Shown: one piece after another, positions 47,540 to 59,793 of the stretch | Numbering within the stretch: position 1 is the stretch's first letter | Layout: every line of letters begins with the position of its first letter | Assembly (NCBI GenBank): GCA_965649825.1 | Contig: OZ287708.1 | Span: forward strand, 391,411 to 455,410 | Direction: 5' to 3' | From: Penicillus capitatus | Taxonomy: Eukaryota > Plantae > Chlorophyta | DNA: 64,000 nt | Notes under the pieces: generated by a model | Told to the model about the DNA's origin: nothing | Seen by the model: the letters and a program-made list of their open reading frames with translations, nothing else | Databases searched by the model: none | Program-made: the position numbers and the translations under genes

Positions 47540-49890
47540 CCCCACGAAAGCCTCCAATCGCAAAAAAAGTCTCCAGCAATAGCAAAGACAAGGTAGGACG
47601 CCCATGGCTGCCTCCACTGCCAGCCAGAGCGGTTGGCAGGCCTCCATTAACGGCCAGAGCTCTGAGCGAGAGGCCACACGAAGGCTTTTAGGCGGCTTGA
47701 CATCATCTTAGATGCCCATAACTGCCACCGATGACAGCCAGAGCGGTCGGGCTGGTGGCCTATGGCTGCCTCCATTGGCAGCGAATGATCGGGTAGGAAC
47801 GCCCACGCAGGCATCCAAACGTAGAGAAGGCCTTCATCAGCAGCAAGAGCGGCAGGTAAGACGACTGCGACCGCCTTTATTGGCGGCCAGACGTCAGGGT
47901 GGACGTCTGGAACTGTCTCCGGTGGCGTCTTCGACTGTCTCCGGCGGCGGCGAGACAGTAGGTAGGTGACGCCTGTGACCGCATCCACTGGCGGCCAGAC
48001 GTCGGGTTAACGCCTGAGACTGTCCCCAGTGCAGCTAAAGCGGTCGGTAAGCCGCCCATGACTGCCTCTACTGGCAGTCAGAGCGGTCGAAAGGCCTCCA
48101 TTGGCGGCCAGACGCCAGGTAGGACGCCTGAGACTGTCTTCAGTGGCGGCCAGATGTCGGAGCAGACGCCTGAGACAGTCTCCCCTGGCGGCCAGACGCC
48201 AGGTAGGACGCCTGAGTATGTCTCCAGCGGCGTCGACAGAGTAGGTAGGACGCCTGAGACCGCCTCCATTGGCGGCCAGACGTCAGGTAGGACGCCTGCG
48301 ACTGTTTCCGGCGGCGTCTTCGACTGTCTCCAGCGGCGGCCAGACGTCGGGTGGACGCCTGAGACTGCCTCCAGCGGCGGCTAGACGTCGGGTGGACGCC
48401 TGAGACTGCCTCCAGCGGCGGCTAGACGTCGGGTGGACGCCTGAGACTGCTTCTAGTGACGGCCAGAGCAAACGGTAAACCGCTGATTACTGCCTCCACT
48501 GGCAGCCAGAGCGGTCCGGCTGGTAGCCTATGGCTGCCTCCATTGGCAGCAAATGATTAGGTAGGGACGCCCACGCAGGCATCCAAACGCGGACAAGGCC
48601 TTCATTAGGAGCAAGAGCAGCAGGTAAGACGACTGCGACGCCAGTCAGCAAATCCGCAGTTTTGGCGACAGCCGCATTGCACCCACGGCGAGGCGGCGAC
48701 TGCGGCAAGTAGGTCGACTGCCGCTCCAGTTGTCTTCAAGGCGGCAGGTAAGGCATCCGCCGCCTCGCATCCACAGCAAGGCGACTAGTAGGAGACTGCG
48801 ACCCCGGTCAGCGAGGCCGAAGATTAGTCGACAGCCGCCTCGCATCCGAGACAAGGCGGGGGTTTGGACGACTGAGGTCTCCGGGCATCAGGCAGTGCGG
48901 CAGCCGCCTTGCATCCATGGCAAGGCGGCAGCTAGAGAGTCTTCGTCATCTGGGCGGCAGCAGCATGTAAGCCGACAGCCGCCTTGCATTCGCGGCGAGG
49001 CGGCAGGTATGACAACTTCGTCGTCTGGGCGGCAATCGGCAGGCAGGACGTCTGCGTCTTTAAGGCATCTAGGTCGCAGTTTTGGCGACAGCCGCCTCGC
49101 ATCCACGACGAGGCGGCAGCTAGAGAGTCTTCGTCCTCCAGCCGACAGGCGGTAGAGGCCAGGTAGAACGCCTGAGACTGTCTCCCCTGGCGGCCAGACG
49201 TCGGGTTAACGCCTGAGACTGTCCCCAGTGCAGCTAAAGCGGTCGGTAAGCCGCCCATGACTGCCTCTACTGGCAGTCAGAGCGGTCGAAAGGCCTCCAT
49301 TGGCGGCCAGACGCCAGGTAGGACGCCTGAGACTGTCTCCAGTGGCGGCCAGATGTCGGGGCAGACGCCTGAGACAGTCTCCCCTGGCGGCCAGACGCCA
49401 GGTAGGACGCCTGAGTATGTCTCCAGCGGCGTCGACAGAGTAGGTAGGACGCCTGCGACCGCCTCCATTGGCGGCCAGACGTCAGGTAGGACGCCTGCGA
49501 CTGTTTCCGGCGGCGGCGATAGGGTAGGAAGGGCGCCTGTGTGGCTTCATCGGCGGCCAGATGTCGGGGCGGACGCCTGAGACCGCCTCCATTGGCGGCC
49601 AGACGTCAGATAGGACGTCTGGAACTGTCTCCGGTGGCGTCTTCGACTGTCTCCGGTGGCGGCGAGACAGTAGGTAGGTGACGCCTGTGACCGCATCCAC
49701 TGGCGGCCAGACGTCGGGTTAACGCCTGAAACTGTCTCCAGTGGCGGCGAGACAGTGAGAAGGTCGCCTGTGTGGCTTCATTGGCGGCCAGACGTCAGGT
49801 AGGACGCATGAGACCGCCTCAAGCGGCGGCCAGACGTCGGGTGGACGCCTGAGACTGCCTCCAGTGGCGGCGAGACAGTAGGAAGGGCGC
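47540..49890. repeat. Complex 41/42-bp minisatellite region of copy 4 with internal duplication and a GACAGCCGCCTYGCATCC sub-family (48650-49150)
   Basis: 47990-48330 is near-identical to 49190-49500; units are related to the copy 1 and 2 arrays. Confidence 0.9.
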
Positions 49891-50099
49891 CTGAGTATGT
49901 CTCCAGGAACAAAAAAAAAGGTTTCAATAACGGCAAAGTCCTCCAGCAGCAGCGACGGCCTCTGCTCTCAGGAAGACATCAGGTAGGACGCTCTTGAAGA
50001 CCTCCGGCAGCAGCAACGGCGTCTAATGGCTGCAAGAGCAAAAAATGTATGATATTCTTTCTGGCCTTCGATCGCGTCAAGACGGCGTGCACATCATCC

Positions 50100-51190
50100 A
50101 AAACAACCTCCGAGCCTCAAATAGCAGCAGGGCAGCAGGTAAAATCCACGAGGGCCTTCGGGCCTCCAACGACAGCAGGGCAGCAGCAGAACATCCACGA
50201 GGGCCTCCGGGCCTCCAACGACAGCAGGGCAGCAGCAGAACATCCACGAGGGCCTCCGGGCCTCCAACGACAGCAGGGCAGCAGCAGAACATCCACGAGT
50301 GCCTTCGGGCCTCCAACGACAGCAGGGCAGCAAGTAGAACATCCACGAGGGCCTTCGGGCCTCCAGCGACAGCAGGGCAGCAGGTAAAATCCACGAGGGC
50401 CTCCGGGCCTCCAGCGACAGCAAGACAACAAGAGTGGCAGGTAGAACTTCCACGAGGGCCTCCAGCCTCCAATGACAGCAGGGCACCAGGTAAAGTCACA
50501 CGAGGACCTTCGGGCCTCCAACGACAGCAGGGCAGCAGCAGAACATCCACGAGTGCCTTCGGGCCTCCAGCGACAGCAGGGCAGCAGGTAAAGTCACACG
50601 AGTGCCTCCGGGCCTCCAACGACAGCAGGGCAGCAGGTAAAGTCACACGAGGACCTCCGGGCCTCCAACGACAGCAGGGCAGCAGTAGAACATCCACGAG
50701 GACCTCCGGGCCTCCAACGACAGCAGGGCAGCAGGTAAAGTCACACGAGGACCTCCAGGCCTCCAACGACACCAGGGCAGCAGCAGAACATCCACAAGTG
50801 CCTTCGGGCCTCCAGCGACAGCAGGGCAGCAGGTAAAATCCACGAGGGACTCCGGGCCTCCAGCGACAGCAAGACAACAAGAGTGGCAGGTAGAACATCC
50901 AAGAGGGCCTCCATCCTCCAATGACATCACGACAGTAAAGCAGCCTCCAGCCTCCAATGACACGACGACAGTAAAGCAGCCTCCAGCCTCCAATGACACG
51001 ACGACAGTAAAGCAGCCTCCAGCCTCCAATGACACGACGACAGTAAAGCAGCCTCCAGCCTCAAATGACATCACGACAGTAAAGCAGCCTCCAGCCTCCA
51101 ATGACATCACGACAGTAAAGCAGCCTCCAGCCTCCAATGACATCACGACAGTAAAGCAGCCTCCAGCCTCCAATAACATCACGACAGCAG
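50100..51190. repeat. ~49-bp array (50100-50900) followed by 36-bp array (~7 units, 50920-51190), copy 4
   Basis: Direct inspection. Confidence 0.95.
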
Positions 51191-51957
51191 GTCGGACACA
51201 CAATCCTTTGTGCAACAGAACAGCAGATAGCACACAGCAGCCTCCGGGCAAAAATGGCTAACACACAGCCAACCACAGCAGAGCGAAGGTGGAATGGCAG
51301 AGAGACATCAAAACAAAGAAAACAGCCCCTTTTATTTTTTTTTTTTTGTTTTTAATTTTTTATAAACATCTCACGCACAAAAAGTGTCAGATGTGTGAGA
51401 TGAAAAGAAAAATTTTTGTTTTTTTAAATTTTTTTTACCCCCATGTAGACGGCTAGAAAAGAATCAAGGAGATCTGGCCCCCCATACAGGCCAACTCTCG
51501 ATAGAAACCTACACAGCAAACAAGGCATAAGAGAGACTAAAAAATTGTTTGACTTACACATTCTCCCGACATGAAAAACAGCCGCTGCGGGATGGCTGGC
51601 GGGCAGATCTGTACGCACTCGCCAGAGAGAAAAAAAGGTCGGGAAGGGAATCCAGATGGTCTCACAGGAAAAATGGAGGGACGGTGCGGGATAGGGGGTG
51701 GTTGACGGAGGGAGAATTGCGATGTTCGTCTAGGGAAGGGAGGTGGACACGCAGGGAGGGAGAAAAACAAGGGACGAGAAGGAATTAATGGGGAAGGAGA
51801 GGCAGGAATGCAGAAAACCTGCGGTCGCGGCGGAAACAAAGGGGATTGGTTGTGCTGCAGAGTGGGTGGCGAATGGATGGGCTGCGAAAAGGAGGAAGGA
51901 AACCACTCCATCTCGGGCGGCTGAGCAAGATGGGCAGGCGTCTGGGCAGGCTGCGAA

Positions 51958-52120
51958 GCCGGCGGAGGAGCGGTCCACTGAGAGGCCGGCGGAGGAGCGG
52001 TCCACTGAGAGGCCGGCGGAGGAGCGGTCCACTGAGAGGCCGGCGGAGGAGCGGTCCACTGAGAGGCCGGCGGAGGAGCGGCCCACTGAGAGGCCGGCGG
52101 AGGAGCGGTCCGCTGAGAGG
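51958..52120. repeat. 27-bp coding tandem repeat x6 (ASQWTAPPP) in the copy 4 linker
   Basis: GGCGGAGGAGCGGTCCACTGAGAGGCC period 27. Confidence 0.95.
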
Positions 52121-52579
52121 CTGGCGGCTGGGCTGGCGGCTGGGAGGCCGTCGGAAGTGTGCCAGGCTGGGAGACGGGCGGCTGGCGGCTTTGAGGCGGC
52201 GCGGCAGGCTCGGAGGCCGGCTGTGAGACAGGCGGCGGCGGAGCGGGGCGCGCTGGAGGCGGCGGAGCGGCTGGCTGGCCCTGTTGGGCCAGTCGCGCTC
52301 TCCTGTCCTCTGAGGACAGGACCCCGCCCGCCGCACAGGCCGCGGCTGTGGGGTTTGGACCCTATTGGGTCCAAACCGCACAGGAGGGGTCTGCGCATCG
52401 ATGTGCGCTTGACCCCTCTGTGCAGTTGTTCGGGATTTTAGGTCCCAATACAACTGCACACGCGCGGCCTCGTCCAAGCCTTCGAAGGCCCTGGGCGGGT
52501 GACTGCCCAGGACCTCCCTCAACGTCACCTGGTCAAATCTAGGAACACACAGAAGAGTTAGAGATCAGTCGAAGAAGAG

Positions 52580-52694
52580 TTCGTCGACGCGTCGCGCGCT
52601 GCAGAGCTTCTCGACTGCAGCCGGACACATGCGTGTTCATGGAGAGTGTCCAGCCGCAGTCGAAAGGCTCCGTAGCGCGCGACGCGTCGACGAA
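52580..52694 (-). ncRNA. Intronic hairpin, copy 4
   Basis: Same variant as copy 1. Confidence 0.6.
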
Positions 52695-53458
52695 TGGCCA
52701 CAGGACTCACGGTCTGTCAGGATATCCGTAGTCGTCTTCTGTGAACATGCGTGCGTCAGCCATTGTCTTCTTCTTCTCTTGAGCTCCGGAAAACAGGAAG
52801 GCGCCAAGGAAAGTCGACAGTGCGGAAGGGTCTGTGACAGGACCTTTATAGCCGCGTCGGTTGCCGAGCGCGGCCTGCGGGTGGCGGCTGGGAACCGTGG
52901 CCGTTCGGCGGCGCTGCATGCGCCGCCGGACGAGGGAATCGCCGCCAGACGTCCAGAAAAGCAGAATTCTGTGACCGGTGTGCGCGACGCGAACGGGAGA
53001 GCGCTTCTGGATGCCTTGCAAGGAGTTTTACAGAGGAAGTTCTCTACAGTTTATCGGCATGTTCCGCTCTGAGTGTAACGCGCATGCGTTCTCTGCGGCT
53101 GTTCCGACGCGGATCTCCGAACGGCAAACCGCTCGAGTCAGCTCCGCGTTGCCTGGGCAGAGGAACGCGGCGGGCATTCTTTTTCGCGAAAGCAGCAAAC
53201 ACTCTATGTCAAGGCGGCTGTCTCTTGCACGCGTCTCCGTCGCAAACGCCGTAGAGAGAGCGTTCTGCGCGGTGTAACGCGAGTCGGTTTGAGGAGTTGC
53301 CGTTGGCCCTAACTCCCTCGAACATGGAAGGCGGAACCGAACGACGCCCTGCGAGAACCAGACGGCCGCGGAGTCGTCGTTCGGTTCGTGCTCTCGCACA
53401 GCGTCGAGTGAGTGCTTTGGAAGCGCCGTTCGCTCCAACTAGCGAAGTTCTATCGCGT

Positions 53459-54299
53459 TGTGTGGCTGCTAAGAAAGATTGCTGTTCTGTCTGCGAAGCC
53501 ATCGATCAGACAGTTTCGAGAGCAACCTACGTGATGGCGCAGTTGATCGCGGTCGAAGCCAGTCGCGATCCAATGTCATCGCCTTCTTTCTTTTCGGCGT
53601 GTTCCACCGTGCAGAGCGCACCAAAGTGGTGGATTACCATTGGAAGTGGATGGCATGCTGCTGCATCCTCGTTGGAATCGTCCATGCCGTTCCGTTCTAG
53701 TGTCTGGCGAGTTCTGAGGCTATGAGGGCTGTGACGGAGAATGTCTGTTTTCTGTTTGGATACACTTCTGGAAAATCTCTGTAATGAAAGACTAACTACC
53801 TCCGAGTGCTCTACGTGCGTGGGGCGTTCTAGGACGATGTCGTCAGAGCTGGCGATGTTCTCTCGTGCGGCAAATGCTCCGTGGAACGCGTGAAAGACAG
53901 ACACTGTAGAAATGACTGCTCTTGGCTCTGCCATTTGGACCTGTGACGCGGCATTCCTCATTGAACACCGAGATGCATGCCACCGTCGACGCGTTGGATC
54001 GAGTCCGAAAGACGCATTCGGATAACAAAGCGTCTTCAGAAAACAGTGCGAGAGAACACACATTAAACGACGCGCTCTGTAGACGCGAAAACGATTTCAG
54101 TTGAGAGAGAGAGTTTGTTCGCGATGAATGGGGGTGCCAAAACAATGCGACTGTCCACTCCTCGATGTTTCGCCAGGCAAATCGAGACGAGACAAAGGGG
54201 ATGATGTTAGACGAAACAGGAGCTAATATCTCTGAATCGGACGCGGACGAAAAAGCCTATTTGCCTATGTTTAGTGATGATTGCAGATGCACTCCAAGT
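53459..54299. repeat. Alternative upstream flank, second copy
   Basis: Matches 39727..40564. Confidence 0.9.
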
Positions 54300-54457
54300 A
54301 GCTTCTCTTGAGTAATTTAGAAACAAGGCCTTAGATGAACATGCAAAAAGCAGAACTTGCCTGTCTGCGCTCTTCCTTTTTTACATTCGACACCGACTAA
54401 GCTCATCATTCGTTTTTAAACAACCGTTAGCACAGCAAGCATCGTTTGCAAATCGAA

Positions 54458-57370
54458 TTATGACGGAGCACCGAAGTAATCGGTAAGTCTCAACAAATCG
54501 CTGAACACGCCACCTGCCGTCACAGATGCACCAGCACCCGGACCTCTGACTATCAATGGCTGTTGAAAGTATCTTTCGGTGATAAAAGAGATGATATTGT
54601 CACTGCCACTCAATTGAGCAAAGGCATGCGTTGTGGGATAGCTTGTCAACTCAACACGTCCCGTTCCAGTCTCGCAGTCCACAACACCGACATAGCGCAG
54701 CACCTCTCCCTTGTTTTCTGCATCGAGCACTTTCTTCGTTAACTCGTCATCGTATTTTGGCAGCTTCTTCAAGAATTCAGCAGTGTTGTTGCATTTCTTG
54801 AGGGGCTCGGGTACTAGACTCTCCACCGTGACATCTTCCAGTTCCAACATCAAACCACACTCCCTTGCCAAAATGGTAACTTTGCGCGCCACATCCATTC
54901 CTTGTAAATCATCTCGTGGATCTGGCTCTGTGTAGCCATTCTCTTTCGCCTTTGCCACCACCTCTGAAAATGTACTTCCAGGTTTGAGATTGTTAAATAT
55001 GTAAGAAAGTGTGCCCGAAAAAATCCCTTCGATACGTTTCACCTGATCTCCAGTCGAGACGAGATGCTTAAGGGTGGCAATGACTGGCAATCCAGCACCC
55101 ACTGTGGCCTAAGATCAGCACCATGCACAAAACACGCATCATTTGAGAGTACGCACTTCATAGAGCCAATGTGTGTAGCTTTCTCTTTGCGACTGGCGCA
55201 CAGCTCGGTATTGGTCAAGAGGGCCAGATCCAAGCTTCTTGTTCGGAGTAACGACATGAATACCTTTTTTGATCCATTCGAGATATCGTGTTGGCATCTC
55301 ATCTGAGGCCGTACAATCTACGATCACACGATTTGAGATGTGACTGTTGCACAAGTGATCTGTCAGCTTGTCCAAGTTATCGGCTACATCGCTCTGCACA
55401 GAGAGATATCTTATCATGGAGAAACTGGTAAAGGAAGCGTCGTGCCTTGTTCAACTCTGCCCTCCACTCTGATGCGAGATCGATTCCTTTCTCGTTCAGC
55501 AGCAGTTTATCTCTGTCGGCAATGCCCAGCACACGTATGTCAATAAAACGTTGTTCTTTCAATTCTGGCACCTGTCAAATCACATTCACCAGTCTATCGT
55601 CTTTCCAATGGATGACCTGAGCGGCTAGTTGTTCCAATAGTGTTCCTCCAATGAGACCGGGTCCAATAAGACCAATGCCGACAGTCACTTTGGATGAGTA
55701 GAAGCGTGTGTGCACCGCCTGCAATGCTCGATGGGCATCTGCCTGATTGATCAGCACAGTGATATTGTATTCTGATGAACCCTGAGCGATGGCTTTGATA
55801 TTGATGTTGGCTGTGGCCAGAGCGGACATCAACATGGCAGACATGCCCTTCCTATTGGCCATCTCTTCACCCACTGCTGCCAAGATCGAGCAATCGCGGA
55901 TGCGATGAATGCGTGAGATGTTTCCAGATTGAACGTCTTCAGCAAACTTAGAACGCAACACACGGACAGCCAAGTCGCCGTCATCTTCTTTCACAGCAAA
56001 GCAGATGGATTGTTCGGAACTTCCTTGTGAAATGATGATAACATTGACATGACTGTCACGCATTGACGAGAAGACTTTGGCTGCTGTTCCTGGCACTCCT
56101 GCCATTCCCGTCCCCTAAACAGCACCCATCACCATCCACTTCTCTTCTTGCCGCCCCATACCTCCACACTGACGAGAGAGACGTTGTCGATTGTGGCAAA
56201 GCCTTTGACAATGGTCGAACTGTCGGACACCGATTTGATTCGTGTCCCCGGCGCTTCTGTGTTGAAAAAGTTGCGCAGAGTGATTGGAATCTTGTGCTTC
56301 AGAGCTGGCAATGTTGTACGTGGATGCAGAACATTGGCTCCGAAATACGACAATTCCCATGCCTCGTTATACGACATCTGATCCAAACAGAACGCCTCGG
56401 GGACCTTGCGTGGATCGGCACTGAACACCCCATCCACGTCTGTCCAGATGGTAATGTGGGATGCCAGGAACAGTGCTCCGAATATCGTGGCTGAAAAATC
56501 GCTACCGTTTCGCCGGAGCGTTGCGGCACGGCCCTGATGATTCCGTGCGATGAATCCTGTCGCGACCACCACATCTGGCACGCCATGTACACTCGTCCAC
56601 TTGTTAAGGTTTTTGTTGCAGAGGTCATAGTCCACATCGACCCATGTCTTATCTGCAGAAGGGCGCACTACTAGGACATCTCTTGCATCCATGAATTGTG
56701 CTTTGCCGCCGAGTCGCTCGCAGGTCATGGCAAAGAGACGGGCACTCCACAGTTCTCCATGGCCCACCACAAAATCTGAGAACGCTTCCGTCACTGTCCC
56801 GGCGACGGCAATCGCTTTCATCATTGCGGCCAGATTGGACATGTCTTCATCCAATACAGCCAAGAATTCCTCCAGATTCGGGCCCTCCTCCAGCAATTCC
56901 TGAGCAGCCGCGACGTGCTTCTCTTTCAGCATAGAAAGCTCATTGTCAAAGGAGTAATCTGAGTTGCCTGCTTTCTGAAGTGAGCGCAGGATGATGTCCG
57001 TGACTTTCGTTGGGGAGGTCGGATGACTTCCCATGGCGCTCACGATGACGACGGTATTTGGATTGCCTTCATCCAAGATCAACTGCGCCGCCTGGCGTAT
57101 ACGTTCTGCCGTTGCCATACAGGTTCCTCCAAATTTGTGAACGTGCCACTGAGGTCCACGGGGACACTCTGTTACAGACACGGTTTCTTCAACGTTAACG
57201 GCAGCGACGACGCCCTTCGGGACGCGAGGAAACGAGCGGATACGTCGTCGCAATCGACGACGAGAAACGGAGGGGCGTAGCTTTGATCGGCATTGAGGAC
57301 GTGGGAGAGGAAGTGCCGTCCTTGGCGCTACAAAGCGTTGCGGGTTGATGGGCTTAAGCGTCAATACCAT
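54458..57370 (-). CDS. AK-HSDH: Bifunctional aspartokinase/homoserine dehydrogenase, chloroplast, multi-exon
   Basis: VHKFGGT; TLRRNGSDFSA; WTDVDG; ACT domains; GPGLIGG; VDCTAS; NKK; GIFSGT; EPDPRDDL; GPGAGASVTA; TGTAA downstream. Confidence 0.97.
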
Positions 57371-57507
57371 TGCGAATCGAATCGAAACGGAGTGATCGAT
57401 CGAACGATCAAAGACACGATATGCTATTCCCGATCACCGTCGGATTTCGAACGGACCCATCGTCGCAATCGATCAAACGGATCCGTCCAGGTCAGTAGTC
57501 CCGCAAA

Positions 57508-58329
57508 CTATAGCCACAGAACATGGCCCCTCCGCGTCGAAAAGATTCGCGAAAGAGTCACCAGAACGAGAAAGCATGCGGTGACGATAACAGGGATGGT
57601 GGAAAGCGGAATCCCCATCCAGATCTCATCGACGACTGACAACGCAAGGCCTGATCGATTCGAGATCGAAGATGCTGGCACATGCAACTTACCTATATTG
57701 TAGAGCAACTGTTCTTGTCGGTGCGATGAAGACACCGGGACGATTCCGTTCGGCTCAGCCCACAAAGCGAGCACAGCATTGGACGAGTGTACCGTGTCCT
57801 GCTGCAGAAACCGAAACTGCCACCATCACACAATTGGACGATGCAGATTGTACCTTTCCGATGTCTGCAGGATCATTGGCTCGGAACGTCACTTTTTCAA
57901 CATCCAGTAATTTTCGACTGGATGATTGGACTGATCCAAACCATCTACAATGATCACTCCGACAACAGAAGAGAGTTGGTGATACCTGAGGTTTGGACGG
58001 AATGGAGGGAGAGATGCACACGAGCAGCCATCTGTCATGACAATCAGATGATGAGCATGGGTTGAACGATGCTGCACCGTACGATAGCGGGATAAGAGAC
58101 TTTCACTTCGTAGGAATGACCGTCCGCCAATCCCATCACCTCATACCTAAGATCATGCGTTTCGCCCAATTCTGTCGGACATCGAGTCCTCCGACAAACG
58201 CGGCGTTTGGCCGAAGACATAGATTTCGCGGTACAGAGATCGACCGACGCGAAGTTCCTTTCCAGAAACGAGTGTGCGCGTTCGAAGGGAGAGCAGTAGA
58301 CTGAGAAGGATCGCGACGTCACACAGCAT
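57508..58329 (-). CDS. Conserved hypothetical type-I membrane protein, multi-exon
   Basis: Signal-peptide-like start; YEVKVSYPA; LLDVEKVTF; DEIWMGIP followed by a TM helix; pattern recalls an uncharacterised plant family. Confidence 0.5.
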
Positions 58330-58374
58330 CGCTTTTACTGTTGTCTGTCGGGCCATTAACCACGTCACGCAAAA

Positions 58375-59740
58375 ATGCATGCGTTTGCGTCGGTGCCCTT
58401 TTCCATTTCCGGGAAGTTGACACGCAGCCCGATCTTTAGGAATCGAGATGGCTCCACTCTGCGACGGCGCAGTTTACCTCTATCGTCCTCTATTCGTCGA
58501 ATCAATCGGCTTTCTGCTACAACCAATGACACCGCGTCTGTCATCGCCATTGGCGAATCGCTTATTGGTGTGACCCTGATCCGTCTTCGCACGAGTTGAG
58601 CCTCTTTTTTAAAACAGACATGTTGGCAAACGATTTCGATGTTCCAAGAAAACAGGTAAAATCCTGGACGCCCAAAGCAGGCGGTGCTGCATGCAATGTG
58701 GCTGCTGGATTGGCCAAGTTCGGTGTGCCCATTTCCATCATCTCGGCTGTTGGCCGTGACAAACTAGGTGACGATCTCATCGCCACACTTCAAAGTACAC
58801 AGATCCTGTCCTTCGGCAGAAGTGGCTGGCATGTGTTGTCTGTTAAGGTGCTGGTGTGATGGTCAACGAGGTCAAGCGTAGACCGGAACCTACCAGAGAT
58901 GTCTATGTGACACGCACGACAGATGGAGAACGCGAATTCGTTGGCTTCGGTCGAGAGAGTGATCAATTTGCAGACTGCCACATCGATCCTGACGCTCTAC
59001 CTTTGGACAAAATCAAAGTCAGCGTCATTGCCAAGACTACAAAAGAGGCAGTGGGAGATGTGTTTGTCCGTGCAGAAGGCACAGGTACTCGTGTGCGGCA
59101 CATTGGGTCAGGCCTACGAAGATACTGGCGAGGCAGTGAGACGTGCCGTCAGAGTGGCAAACGATAACGGGGTCTGTGTGTTTGTGGATGTCAACTGGCG
59201 TCCAATTTGCTTTCGTCATCCAGAAGACGTCCATGACGACATCGTCGCTTTTGCCCAGCAGGCCGACATCATCAAACTCACAGACGAAGAGGCTGAGTGG
59301 ATGTTTGGCATGGACGCCGCAGTCGCCTTGGAAAAACCTTGTCAAGTGCGGCAGCTCGACAGCCGATCCATTCCACACGGCAGCGATTACAGGTGTTGTC
59401 GGGATTCCCAAAATCGAGCGGCGTCCTGGTAACGGCAGGCGAAAAGGGAGCTGCTTACTGCTTCAAAACGACCTCTGGCCTGCATTCCGGTTTTGTGCCG
59501 GCCTTTGCAGTGAACGTCGTCGATACCACAGGCGCAGGGGACGCCTTTACCAGCGGCTTCATCTACCAGATGCTCAAATTCGGTGGGTTTTCGTCTTTTC
59601 TGGCATCTCCCGCCGCGATCGACGAGGCCGTGCGTTTCGCCAGTGCAAGTGGAGGTCTCACCGCCTCTGGTCCTGGCGCCATCGAAGCGCAACCTCTGTC
59701 CGCATCCGTTGTCGTGCAACTCATGACAACGGGCGTTTAA
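58375..59740 (+). CDS. pfkB-family sugar kinase (fructokinase-like), plastid-targeted, multi-exon
   Basis: VIAIGESLI; GGAACNVA; FVDVNWRP; IIKLTDEE; VDTTGAGDAF signature. Confidence 0.93.
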
Positions 59741-59793
59741 TCGGAAGAATGACACAATGCTTGGCATTTGTTGTTTGTGCCTATAGTGATCGG

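Larger units (their letters stand above)
51464..52763 (-). pseudogene. Cassette gene copy 4; single 1-nt frameshift at ~52324 (pseudogene or sequencing error)
   Basis: Both introns intact (52539-52710, 51509-51557); adding one base in GCGGGGTCC restores RVLSSEDRRARLAQ and the frame through to VSIESWPVWGARSP*; TATA at 52845-52850. Confidence 0.7.

Noticed and set aside
1-54299. Autonomous retrotransposon, DNA transposon, Helitron or viral element
   Set aside because: No RT, RNase H, integrase/DDE, tyrosine recombinase, Rep/helicase or capsid motif recognised in any frame; no LTRs or TSDs found by eye
54458-54460. Non-canonical ulvophyte code (TAA/TAG = Gln)
   Set aside because: AK-HSDH and IF2 end at TAA at the expected C-termini, and long conserved exons contain no internal TAR
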